DNA of 64,000 nucleotides from Octopus sinensis. Taxonomy: Eukaryota. Shown here in pieces: positions 53,020 through 64,000 of the stretch. Numbering within the stretch: the stretch's first letter is position 1; the number at the start of each line of letters is the position of its first letter. The translations under genes and the position numbers were made by a program. The DNA is taken from positions 81,034,001 to 81,098,000 of the forward strand of contig NC_043001.1 in the NCBI RefSeq assembly GCF_006345805.1, written 5' to 3'. The notes beneath the pieces are model-generated. The model saw only the letters and a list, made by a program, of their open reading frames with translations, was not told the DNA's origin and did no database searches.

Positions 53020-55664
53020 ATATATATATATATCAGCATGGAAAGCAGATGTCAAATGATATATATGATGGGTTTCTTTCAGTTTCTGTCTACAAAATCC
53101 ACTCTCAAGGCTTTGGTCAGCCCTGGATTATAGCAGAAGACACTTGCCTGAGGTGCTGTGTTATGGGACTGAACCCAAGACCACATGGTTAGGAAGCAAA
53201 TCTTCTCAACCACACCACCACTTTACTTCCAGCAGGTTGGACTCGCTTATGAATGTCATAGTTAGTTAAGAATATACATAGTTAGTTAGGAATATACTGT
53301 TTGGAACAGATATAAGGTGTCTAGCTGGGAATGAAGCTGTCTTCATGGTTCTAGAAAGAAGTAGGAAGATAATTGAGGGAATTTCCCTGGCACCAAACGG
53401 TGGGTCAGGGACAGCTAGGAAGCTGAGTTAAGAAGGTAAAGCCATTGTCCATGTAATCAATCAAGTTTGTATGGCATCATCCAACCAAGTGAGAGAAAGA
53501 GAGAGAGAGAGAGAGAGGGAATACATATGGACAGTCTCTAGCAGTCAAGGACGACCTTTAGAATTAATAAAAGTAACAATAATTATTCACTTAGCTTAAA
53601 CATATATGGCACATTCAGGAGATGCCAGGACTGATCATGGTTGATACTGGTCTAAATGAATTATGAAACCATTGAAATACTGAGAAAAGGAGACATGTAT
53701 ATATAAGGGAAGTAGAAAGTGGGGGAGAGTGTGAGACACCATGTGATCACTCATGTTTGGACAGTATCCAATAGAGAGAGAGCAGATACTGTTTCTGGCT
53801 GCTAAGAAAGAGAGAGAGATTCTTATTAATAATAAAATAATAATAATGATAATAATAATAATAATAATAATAATCCTCTCTACTAAAGGCACAAGGCCAG
53901 GAATTTGGGGGAAGGGGGTTTTTCGATTATATCAACCCCCAGTACTCAACTGGTACTTATTTTATTGATTCCAAAAGGATGAAAGCAAAGTTGAACCCAG
54001 CAGAATTTGAACTCTGAACATAAAGACAGATGAAATGCTGTTAAGCATTTTGTCCAGCATGCTAATAACTCTGCCAGCTTGACACCTTAATAATAATAAT
54101 GATAATAATGTTAATGAAAATAATAATGATTTTACTTGTTACAAGGACATAGATGGTGGGTATATTACAAAGACCATTCACACTTTGTGAAAGAGTTTAC
54201 ATAAAAACGATGAAGGGAAAGAAATGGGAAAGAGTGAAATGAAATGAAAGTACACTTTGTATACAAAGTATGTGGACATATGAACAATGCGGTTTTCCTG
54301 ATGCAGGAAAACCTCCATCTAGTACCAATCAAGGAACCCTACAGATCCAAGATTACCCTCCCCACCAAAGGCATGGGCCCTCTCCCTACTGTTGCTTTCC
54401 AATCAATAGTCCATTCACCCTAGCCATTTTTGTAATAATCAACTCCCTTTTTAAAAATTCACTAGGAGAGGGCACTAACCTTTTCAAAGTAGAATTTGGT
54501 TCCAAGTGGTTGAGACTGGGTGCAGCTTGTATAAATTAATGCAAAACATAATGATAATAATAATAATAATAATAAAATTATAATACTTTCTACTATAGGT
54601 ACAAGAACTGAAATTGGGGAAAAGGGGCTAGTTGATTACATCAACTACAATGTTCAATTGTTACTTATTTCGTTGGTCCTGAAAGGATGAAAGCACAGTT
54701 TGAACTGTGAACATAAAAGAGTAAAAAAAAATTGCCACCAAGCATTTTGTTTGGTGTGGTAGCAATTCTGCTAGTTTACCACCTAAATAATAAGAATAAT
54801 AATAATTTTGGCACAGGTCAAGCAAGTTTGGGGGAGGGGACAAATTTATTACATCAACTCAGTACTCATCTGGTACTTATTTTATCAACCCCAAAAGGAT
54901 GACAGGCAAAATTAACCTTAGTGAGATAATAATAATACCAATAATATTCTCAATTGCATGGTAATATCTTCAGATGCAAAATCTCGTTATCCTTTGTTGG
55001 CTCTAGTGGAGACTTGGGTGCCACTTACATAAAATAAACCAAAACAATAACAAAATAATAATGATGATGATGGTGGTTCTATGGTTCTAATAACATCAAG
55101 TTCATGAGTTGCCAGTTTTGAAACTTGGTCCATTACTCATACAAATGAATTTTCAGTTAAAGCACTTGGGAGAAAGAAAAGTTGAGGTTGTGAGAGAAAC
55201 GCCAGTTGTATGATCAGTGTACTTAATGTTCAAGAAAGTATATGTATATATATATATATATAACATTTGTTTAGTTTAAACTTAGTATACTCAATCACTG
55301 CAAGCATTTTGACATATGGAAAATAATAAGGTAACCTGTGCTGATAAAGGCCACAGATAAACCACCTAAATGAATTTTTAGATGAAAGCTGAGAGAGAGA
55401 GAAAGAGAGAGAGAGAGAGCTGGAGTGATAACCTGCCACACAGGTGGGAAAGAGAGTAAACACAAATTTTGTTTATTCAGTTTTACCTCCTGCATTGCAG
55501 CCAGAAACACTACTTTTGGTGATCGGTTATTTCTGTCTTCCTTTATAAGATAATATAAAGGAAGACAGAAAGCAAATATACAGTATCTGGCAATTAAGGA
55601 AAATCCTTAAAAATTATATATGTATATACATATACATGTGCATGCATGTGCACACACACACACT

Positions 55665-55698
<34 letters not shown>

Positions 55699-56611
55699 GA
55701 TGGGAAAAGAGAAGGCATGAAGGTAATTTGAAGTGGTCGGATTTATAAAATTTGTCTCTTATGTCACCAGAGGTGGAGAAGAAGGTGCCTGGAGTAGAAT
55801 TCTCCTGGTACTCGAGTATGAGACTGTCTCCATGATGCTATATAGAGTGCAATGTTTAGTTACAAGTTATCATGCTTAAATAGCAGAGGTGAGAAGGTAG
55901 TGGGTACATTATATTAGAGCAATTGACAGCTTTATCATGGTAACAGTCTAAATTTTGAGTAATATGCTATTTTCAAATCTGCTAGAAAGTTAATTTGTTG
56001 TAAGTGACATTTAAAATATATATGACGACAATATTATATAAATTGAAAATATATATAATAACATATATATTTATATCTATGTATGTTCACTTCGTCGTTT
56101 TTGTCTATATTTGACTGCAAATGCTTTAAACTTGCTGGGCAATATACTATTTTAAATTCTACTTGAAAGCTAACTTGTTATAGCTGACATTTCAAATCCT
56201 TCTTATAATAATATTTCATGTATATGTGTATATGTTGTGATGACATGGCTGTTGCATTATGTATTCATTTGGCACACTCCACTACTAAACATAGTCTACA
56301 CATGTAAACATAGTAAAAGATGGACAAACTCAACACAAAAGAATATGTAGCTTGTACAGATACATTAACACACATTTGTATATGCATACACAGAAGCAGT
56401 CACATCTTCATTGTCATTATCTTCATCGTTTTAATGTCCACATTCCATGCTTGCATGGGTCAGGCAGAATTCATTTAGGTAGATTTGCGACAGCCAAAAT
56501 GCTCTTCCTGTCACCAACCCTCACCTGTTTCCAAGCAAGGTAATATTTCCCCTGACCTGACATGCTTTTCACAAAATACTATAGGTAAAACACACACAAC
56601 ATGCTTTTTTT

Positions 56612-56849
56612 CTATTTCTTATTTCTTTACTGCCCACAAGGGGCTACACACAGAGGAGACAAATAAGGACAGACACACGGATTAAGTTGATTATATCGAC
56701 CACAGTGCATAACTGGTACTTAATTTATCGACCCCGAAAGGATGAAAGGCAAAGTCGACCTCGGCGGAATTTGAACTCAGAATGTAGCGGCAGACGAAAT
56801 ACCGCTAAGCATTTCGACTGGAGTACTAACGTTTCTGCCAGCTTGCCGC
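56612..56849 (-). mobile_element. tRNA-derived SINE, second family (Meta-domain-like), young copy
   Basis: Minus strand: GGCGGCAAGCTGGCAGAAACGTTAG (A box), GAGTTCAAATTCCG (B box), then GACTTTGCCTTTCATCCTTTCGGGGTCGATAAATTAAGTACCAG. CpGs are intact. The Meta-domain assignment is from recall. Confidence 0.82.
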
Positions 56850-57059
56850 TTTTTTTCTATTTCTGTCTACAAAATCAACTCTTAAGGCTTTGATTGTCCT
56901 AGGGTTATATTGTAGATGATCAAGTAAGTGTTAGGCATGATTTAGAAGCTTACTTCTTAGTTATACAACAGAGCCTGGTTAACAAGTACAGCATATTTAT
57001 GGAATCAATTAATGTGCAACTTGTATTCTACATTGGATCAAAAACAATGTTTATATTAG

Positions 57060-57930
57060 CAGAGCACTATAATTTGCTCGAAGCATTGTGATTGCCTATT
57101 TGGCCATCCAAAGAGCAGGATCTACATAAACTCGCACTTCTTAACCCTGTTCTTTCTTCTTCTGGTGGGCTTTGTGCCTGAAATATATGAAGGTTTTTGT
57201 TTTTAACTCTCCTCTTTGCATTGTAAGAAGTTCTCCACCTTCCTTCTTTGTTATTCTACCAATGTTTACACCTCTATTTGTGTGGTACAGTGTTTGATAA
57301 GGCTGTACTTTTTTAAATTATAGGTACAATCCACTGCATGGATTTCCTCTAAGGCTTTTTATCCACCCAGTCCCAGTTTGCTCACGTGTGTGTGTGGTGT
57401 GTGTGTGTGTGCACATGTGTGTATGTATTTTACTTCTCACATAAAGACAAAGAAGGTGTGGTTGAATAATGTTGAGGTGGATAGATGAGTGTATATTGAG
57501 GTCATAAGAAGAAAGACCAGGAGGTGGGGGATGATTATTTATTGTTGTTGTTTAATTGTATCTTGATGACCTCTGTCACCTTGTTTCATAAGTTAGTATT
57601 TTTTTGTGGAGTGGTAGGGAAACAATGTTCTTCTGTCTATATGACTACATTCAGGATCTTTGTCACCATACACTATCTCCTCCCCAAGTTTGTGGTATTT
57701 GTGGTACTACCTACCCTGCTTTTACTGTGAAGTAATAGATATGAAGGTGTCAAAAGACATATAGATAATAGGTACATACAATGGGTACTCAGATCAAACC
57801 TAGTGTCTAAACCAGCCTTGGGCAAAATGCGGATCGCAGAGATTCTGCCTATCAAAAACATTCTCGCATTTTTTTCTAGTGTGGTCCATCTGATTATGAG
57901 CCTTCTCTCATGTAGCCTGCTTCTCAAAAG
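57060..57930 (-). mobile_element. Possible old LINE remnant (post-RT and C-terminal region)
   Basis: Minus-strand peptides LEKNARMFLIGRISAIRILPKAGL and LKTKTFIYFRHK..AITMLRANYSAL loosely resemble LINE post-RT motifs. There are many stops and a microsatellite interruption. Confidence 0.33.
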
Positions 57931-59100
57931 AAGGTGCCCATGTCAGGCTTAACTCTATAGCATTAAGATTATTCTGCCAAATGTAATGCTTATTTATTCA
58001 TATTATTTCGAATTAATCAGGCATTATCTTGTAGCTTTGAGACTTTGATGATGAGAGAGTTTATTTTTAGAATGACATTATAGGGTAGATGACAACAGCC
58101 AAATCTAGCCAGTTTGAACATAAAAGAGGTAGAATATTTTGACTGGATATGGCTAGTTTGAATGTTAAAGGGTCAAACTGTTAATTACTGGGATGCAGGA
58201 TTTACACACATTAAAGTTGGTTGTAGGCAGTGGTTGAGCTGGTATAGTAGATATAATGAAATAAAAGTATAGACAGGCATCAAAGTATCAATTCAATTTA
58301 TATCATATTTAAATGACATATTGAAAAGAAATGTATAATCACTATGAATGTTTACCTTCTGGATCTTTCCTACTTTATTATATCTATCATCATCATCATT
58401 TTAATGTTCATCTTTTCATGCTTGTATGGGTTCGACAGAATTGTTTAAGGCAGATTTTCTAGAGTTGGATACCTTCCCTGTTACTAACCCTAACTTGTTC
58501 TCAAGTAAGCTAATATTTTCCCCATGATCAGACAAGTTTCCATAAAAGACTGGAAATGAAGGTCACTGCTTGCAATATTGTAACACTTACTTACAATGGT
58601 TACACGGTGTCCAGGCAAGGAGACAGTAACACACAGACAGGTGTGTGTGTGTATGTGTACAATGGACTTTTTTCACTTAGTTTACCAATTCCACTCACAA
58701 GGTTTTCTTCAGCTTGAGGCCATAGTAGAAGGTACTTGCCCCAGCTGCCACACAGTGAGACTGAGTCCAGTACTATGTGGTTGGAAAGCAAACTTCTTAC
58801 CTCACAGCCACACCTATCTGAGTGAATATGTATGTGTCTAAATATGCAGTGTTCTCATCTCTCCAAAGAAGACTTTTTTCTTGAGGTAGTAATAGGCATG
58901 GATAGCAGAATTGCTAGTAGCTCATCATATACATACATACATATATATATGTATATGCATGTATGTATGTATCTATGTATATGTTAATGTTTGTTTTTAT
59001 GTTCAGTTATAATAAAAACAATTTTACATTAATCTGATGGGTTACTCTATACTTTTATAGAGTACAAATTTATTATCATTGTTGTATTTCAGCATGGTTT

Positions 59101-59310
59101 TTTTTTTGCCAAATAAACATACACACTATATATTTGTTCTTCACTTGTTTATTACTGTTCTTTTCTTTTTTTAACTCATGTCCATTGTCCAGAAATCTTT
59201 TGTCTTAATCTGTGACCTCTTAAGCAACACTTTTCATTTTCACATGTGCTCTTGCTCCACTTACTCCATTCAGTTCTATATATAATGCATGTGTTTATTT
59301 GGCAAAAAAA
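59101..59310. repeat. 19-bp perfect inverted repeat, ~170-bp spacer
   Basis: TTTTTTTGCCAAATAAACA (59101-19) / TGTTTATTTGGCAAAAAAA (59292-310). Confidence 0.8.
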
Positions 59311-59400
59311 GAAAATAACCGTCCCAAAATACAACAATATCTGTTGCAATACACGATTTCACATCAGGAATTTTGCAACCCAAATTGATAAACGTAAAAT

Positions 59401-59538
59401 TTATTATTCTTATACAAGAATGTTGTTGACAGTGACTTCAAAGTTTCAACGAGCTAAGTTATCAGACTGTCCAATGGTGGCCTTAGCTAGCCAAAACTTC
59501 TAAGTCACTGTAACAACATTCTTGAATAAGAATGATAA
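59401..59538. repeat. 138-nt imperfect hairpin
   Basis: Arms 59401-59446 and 59494-59538 give 41 matches of 45 aligned plus one indel. There is an inner 7-bp stem AGCTAAG/CTTAGCT and a 23-nt loop. Confidence 0.88.
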
Positions 59539-60621
59539 ATAAATACACACATGCACACACACACACACACACATGATGTGCTTCTTTCAGTTTCTATCTT
59601 TCAAATATAATCCAAAAGCTCTGGTTGGCTATAGTTGAATATGCCCATGGTTGCATACGGTACGACTAAACCCGAAACCATGTAGTTGGAAACCAAACTT
59701 CTTAACCATACAGCCATGCCTGCATTTATATATAGACAAAGAAAGCCTGTTATTTTTTGCTCATTTCATTTATTTGAAATGTTTGCTTTAAGTTCATCTT
59801 TCTTCTTTCCATCTTTCTCTTTTTTCTCTCCTACTCCCCTCCATTTCTTTACATTCACTAATCTTATTTGTTATTCTTTACATTATTACACATACATACA
59901 TACACATTCATAGTGTTCAAACCCATACACACACACACACATACACACAGAATCTCATGAATTAGAGAAACGTTATAAAATTAACGAGAATTCTTACAAG
60001 TAATAAATTGTATTTGAAGTAATTAGAAAGTGAAGAGCATCATGGGAAATCGGCTAAATCAAGCTGAACCATTCCTCGTCTGAGTGTCTCTGTCACAGAT
60101 TATCAAACTGCCGTATATCTCATTCTAAACTTTTCTAAGACCTTCGATAGATATATTGATGATATCAATGTTAGATTTATATTCTGGAGTCATTAATCTG
60201 CTGTGAATATAAATACACAGTCAATCTTGGCAGTCATACTTGATACAGCTATACAGTATCCATATTTGATACAGCTAACTATACATCTTACATAAAATAA
60301 TGATCGATTGAGACTCAAGTCACATCTATTGACTACAGATTTGCTCAATATATCAAAATACATTTATTCACTCATGCATGTCCTTACATTGTGCAACCAA
60401 ACTGTTGCTGCATCTACCAAAAAGAGCTGGATAGAATAAATCCTCCTGTTCTTGGATCAAAACTCAACTATCATCCATCTGTTTTTGTATGAATTTCTTT
60501 TTATCCATAACAGAAATGGATCAATTCTCATTCCTCTTTTTCTTTCATTCATATTTTTGTTTCTCTTTCGCCTGCTTTCTCAGCACAACAAAGATTGTTT
60601 GTGGAATAATAAAATCTATGG

Positions 60622-60662
<41 letters not shown>

Positions 60663-61197
60663 GTTTCAAGCTACCAGCCAATTAGAAAATTGTGAATCTT
60701 CAATTGGATCAAATGTACTTTTAAGATAATGATTAATTGTGTAGTAAACTGTCAATGTTATATAGAAATCACTCATACATCAAAGTTAGTGTCAGCAGCA
60801 GCAGCAGCATTATTAACATTAATCTCAGCGTCATCATTTCCATTATTATCTTCATCATCAATGTTTCCCCATCATCATCACCAATACCATCAACAATTTT
60901 TAACACATCTCTGTTTTATGTGACAAAGCTTGGGGAAATTATGTATATTTTTATCTATTTAGGTACAATAGATGGAGAGTTTCTTTCTTTCTGTGGGTTG
61001 GGTAAATGGAAAGTTTATTACGTTTATGGTTTTCTCAAAAGAATTAATGGCATCAGTGAAGTGAATTGGTTTCATCCTGATGGTTGGAAATCGGGTCACG
61101 GTTTTGGTTCATCTAGAATCTACCTCATGCTTGATAATTATGAAATTATTGCAAATGATCACTCACTCTTTCTCCCTCAGTGCGCACACACAAACAA

Positions 61198-61228
<31 letters not shown>

Positions 61229-61501
61229 CAACCACACCTGTGCATGCATACATACATTCACACATAATGTTCTTCCTTTACTGAACCACAATGAAAATTA
61301 TGAAATTATGTCAATTGTTTTCCAAATGATTTCAACTCCTAATCTTTACCTAATTGTCTAAAACACACACTTACACACACACACAAACAAGTGTGTATGT
61401 GTGTATAAATATTGGTTGTAATGAAATAGTTGGTTTAGGTCAGTATATTTATGACTTTATTTTTACATTGTATTTATTGTTTATTTTATATTTAATTTCA
61501 G

Positions 61502-61602
61502 CTCAGCAAGGTACGTGTGGAAGATTGCAGTCGCTATACAAGCTGCAGTGATTGCATTGGAGTCAAAGATCCTTACTGTGGCTGGTGTACTTTAGAAAAC
61601 AA
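61502..61602 (+). CDS. PlexA: Internal coding exon of a plexin (plexin-A-like), end of Sema domain / first PSI domain
   Basis: Acceptor tttaatttcAG at 61500-61501 and donor GTaaga at 61603. The 101-nt exon (phase 0 to phase 2) reads LSKVRVEDCSRYTSCSDCIGVKDPYCGWCTLEN(K). This carries the PSI signature C-x2-Y-x-S-C-x2-C-x4-DPYCGWC and closely matches recalled insect PlexA (..DPYCGWCSLENKC). Subfamily A versus B is inferred from recall. Confidence 0.88.
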
Positions 61603-61851
61603 GTAAGAACCAAATTTTCTTTGTTCCTCTTCATTGGCTTCATAGTTTGTGTGTGAAGATTTCAGTCATATTACTGTCTTTGGTTACAAGTATTATGCCA
61701 CATGAATTAAAGAAGGTGTTTAATGAGTGTTGGGCATTTTGATGAGAGCTCTGTTTAAATAATTGTGTGTGTGTGTGTATAGTTAAAAGACTGGACAGTG
61801 GCACTTCAATCTGTGCTGCACATTAACAAATTAATATAAAATTCTCTTCAG

Positions 61852-61934
61852 AATATTTTACTATCCAGTCGCATGTCAGAAGCTACCAAATCTTGATCAA
61901 TATGATCCCAAGCAGTGGATGCATTATAATATCT
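61852..61934 (+). CDS. Possible next plexin exon (second half of PSI domain); weak
   Basis: Acceptor attctcttcAG at 61850-61851 is in the correct phase for the upstream exon. It reads (K)IFYYPVACQKLPNLDQYDPKQWMHYNI, with a possible donor GTaatt at 61935. DP-x2-W-x2-Y resembles recalled PlexA, but the Cys expected right after ENK is missing. Confidence 0.25.
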
Positions 61935-62518
61935 GTAATTTTTGGAGGGCTAGGCGGGGAAGCAGCAGGAAGAGTATAGTGAAATTGGCACAGGGTTTGG
62001 GGTATCCATCATTTCAGATATTCCACTCTCCACAGCAGTTTCATTTTACTCTTTCTGTTACTTCTTTAAATAATATTCTATTTGTATTATAAGGATTAGC
62101 AGTTTTTTTACATTTCTTAGTTCAAATCCCTCCAAAGGCAATTTTTTTTTCTTTCCTTTTGTGCTCTAAGAAATATGAACAATTTAAAGTTAGTTATAGG
62201 TGCAAATATAGTTGTATGGTTAAGAAGCTTGTTTTGCAATCATGTGGTTTCAGGTTCAGTCCTACTACACAGCACCTTGGGCTACTGTCTTGTATTATGT
62301 CCTCAATCCAACCAATGACCTGTGAGAAAATTTGGAAAATGGAAACTCTGTAGAAGCCTGTTGTATACATACATGTCTGTGTTGTTCTCCCCTACCACTA
62401 TTTGCCCACTGGTGCTCATTTACTTATATCCCTGTAACTTAACAGGTCAGCAAAAGGTACAGATAGAATATGTGCTAGATTTAGAAAATAAAAACTGGGT
62501 CAGTTTGTTCCACTAAAC

Positions 62519-62774
62519 TGATGGTTCTCAACCAGGGTCCATATGACCCTTGGGGGTCCATGTAAGATTTTGTTCTTAAAATTTATGTATGATGAATTGA
62601 TTTTACTTCTATGATATACAAAATATTTTAGCAATATCTTTTTTTATACAGTTTCTAATAATATTCAAATATAAAAATATAACTGGAATTTTAAACATGA
62701 AATAGTTATAAGGGTCCATCTGAGTAAAATAGGAATCAAATGGGTACAAAGGCAAAAATGGTTGAGAAACTCTG
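62519..62774 (-). mobile_element. hAT MITE of the same family inserted into a SINE tail
   Basis: Ends ..TGGTTCTCAACC / GTTGAGAAACTCTG. Flanks CACTAAAC / AACTAAAC. The SINE tail resumes as CCCTTCAAGG..CCCAGCATGGC. Confidence 0.72.
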
Positions 62775-63230
62775 AACTAAACCCTTCAAGGTTGTGTCCC
62801 AGCATGGCTACCATTCTATGATTGAAGCCAGTAAAAGATCAAGGACGTAACCTTGGGCCAAAATGTATTATGATGACCTTGTGTTATTGTTAGAAATATT
62901 CTTCTGTCTGAAATACTCTATAAACTATAATGTATTCTGGTGCTAATAGTGATGTATATGTATTGTAATACTAGTTGTAATGCAGACAGAAAAATTGGGT
63001 CAGAAATTAAGGAAAACAGAAGAGACCTTATTTCCTGCCACAAAAGTATTGGCTATAGGAGACAAGGTCATAGAGGTCATTGTCATAGAAATGATTAACA
63101 AGAAAGTAGTCTCCACTTTCCTCTAATCTTAATAGCCACCTATCTCCTATGCACCTCTACATATTTCAACCACACCTTTTTCATTGTCTTTATGTGACAA
63201 GTAAAATATGTGTTTGTATCTCTCTCTCTC

Positions 63231-63417
63231 TTTTACTTGTTTCAGTCATTTGACTGTGGCCATGCTGGAATACTGCCTTTAATCGGGACTTATTCTTTGT
63301 AAGCCCAGTACTTAGTCTCTTTTGCCGAACCACTAAGTGACAGGGACATAAACACACCAGCATCGGTTGTCAAGCAATGCTAGGGGGACAAACACAGACA
63401 CACAAACATACACGCGT

Positions 63418-63470
<53 letters not shown>

Positions 63471-63634
63471 CAACGGGCTTCTTTCAGTTTCCGTCTACCA
63501 AATCCACTCACAAGGCTTTGGTCAGCTCGAGGCTATAGTAGGAGACACTTGCCCAAGGTGCCATGCAGTGGGACTGAACCCGGAACCATGTAGTTGGTAA
63601 ACAAGCTACTTACCACACAGCCACTCCTGCGCCT
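63231..63634 (-). mobile_element. tRNA-derived CORE-type SINE with an internal microsatellite (young copy)
   Basis: Minus strand: A box TGGCTGTGTGG, B box GGTTCAGTCCC, CORE-like GGCACCTTGGGCAAGTGTCT, internal (TA)n(TG)n, and tail ..CCAGCATGGCCACAGTC..TGACTGAAACAAGTAAAA. Confidence 0.85.
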
Positions 63635-64000
63635 ATGTATATTTATATATAGATATTCACACACATTTATGTGCACATGCATGCATGTGTGTGTATATAG
63701 ACACACATGCACGATTACATGCTCATTCATTTTTTATCTTTCCTTTATATTTTACTTGTTTCAGTCATTAGACTGTGGCCATGCTAGGGGACCAGGTCAT
63801 AGGAGTGAAACAGGGTGTATCTCTTTCGTCTGTTTTAGTCATTGATTTCGACTATGCTGAGACCATCACCTTGAAAAACTTAGTTAAATAAATGGATCCC
63901 AGCTTTCATACTTCCTTTTTTTTTTTTTTTTATTTTTTTTTTAAGTTTGATACTTTGTGAAGCCAGTAACTTAAAGGCTATAAACATACTAATGACAGTT

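Noticed and set aside
53257-53297. 20-bp tandem duplication CATAGTTAGTTA(A/G)GAATATA
   Set aside because: Ordinary slippage duplication.
56700-56849. tRNA gene (A and B boxes)
   Set aside because: No complete cloverleaf; it is the tRNA-derived head of a multi-copy SINE.
59452-59470. AGCTAAGTTATCAGACTG resembling vertebrate miR-21
   Set aside because: Only an 11-nt match, the seed differs, most of it lies in the hairpin loop, and miR-21 is not expected in molluscs.
60135-60200. AVYLILNFSKTFDRYIDDI, resembling LINE RT (VYLDFSKAFD)
   Set aside because: Too short and isolated to call.
60962-61150. AG-preceded open frame GTIDGEFL...IYLML resembling the Sema C-terminus
   Set aside because: The interior has no plexin similarity, the spacing is about 8 aa too long, and no in-frame donor follows.

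Overview
AT-rich, microsatellite-saturated eukaryotic DNA. The SINE/LINE/MITE mix looks like an Octopus (coleoid cephalopod) genome; this is an inference. Nearly all ORFs in the supplied track are translations of simple repeats. I can support one coding exon: a 101-nt + strand exon at 61502-61602 encoding a plexin-A-type PSI domain segment. The preceding ~61.5 kb is probably one giant intron, and a weak candidate for the next exon lies at 61852-61934. The rest is tRNA-derived SINEs, RTE LINE fragments, hAT- and piggyBac-type MITEs (some nested), a mariner remnant and a Helentron-like element. The most interesting observation is a 210-bp (TA)n-flanked element with a minimal type I hammerhead-ribozyme fold (35253-35303). 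Its C3-G8 core pair is swapped to G3-C8, it has one extra core nucleotide, and its stem III is palindromic. A second, decayed hammerhead-like motif sits in another TA-flanked element at 20167-20202. (TA)n tracts also recur as centres of palindromes and templated duplications (1411-1722 with 3278-3425; 34155-34324; 41909-42110). Coordinates were counted by hand, and repeat family names come from recalled motifs, not database searches.
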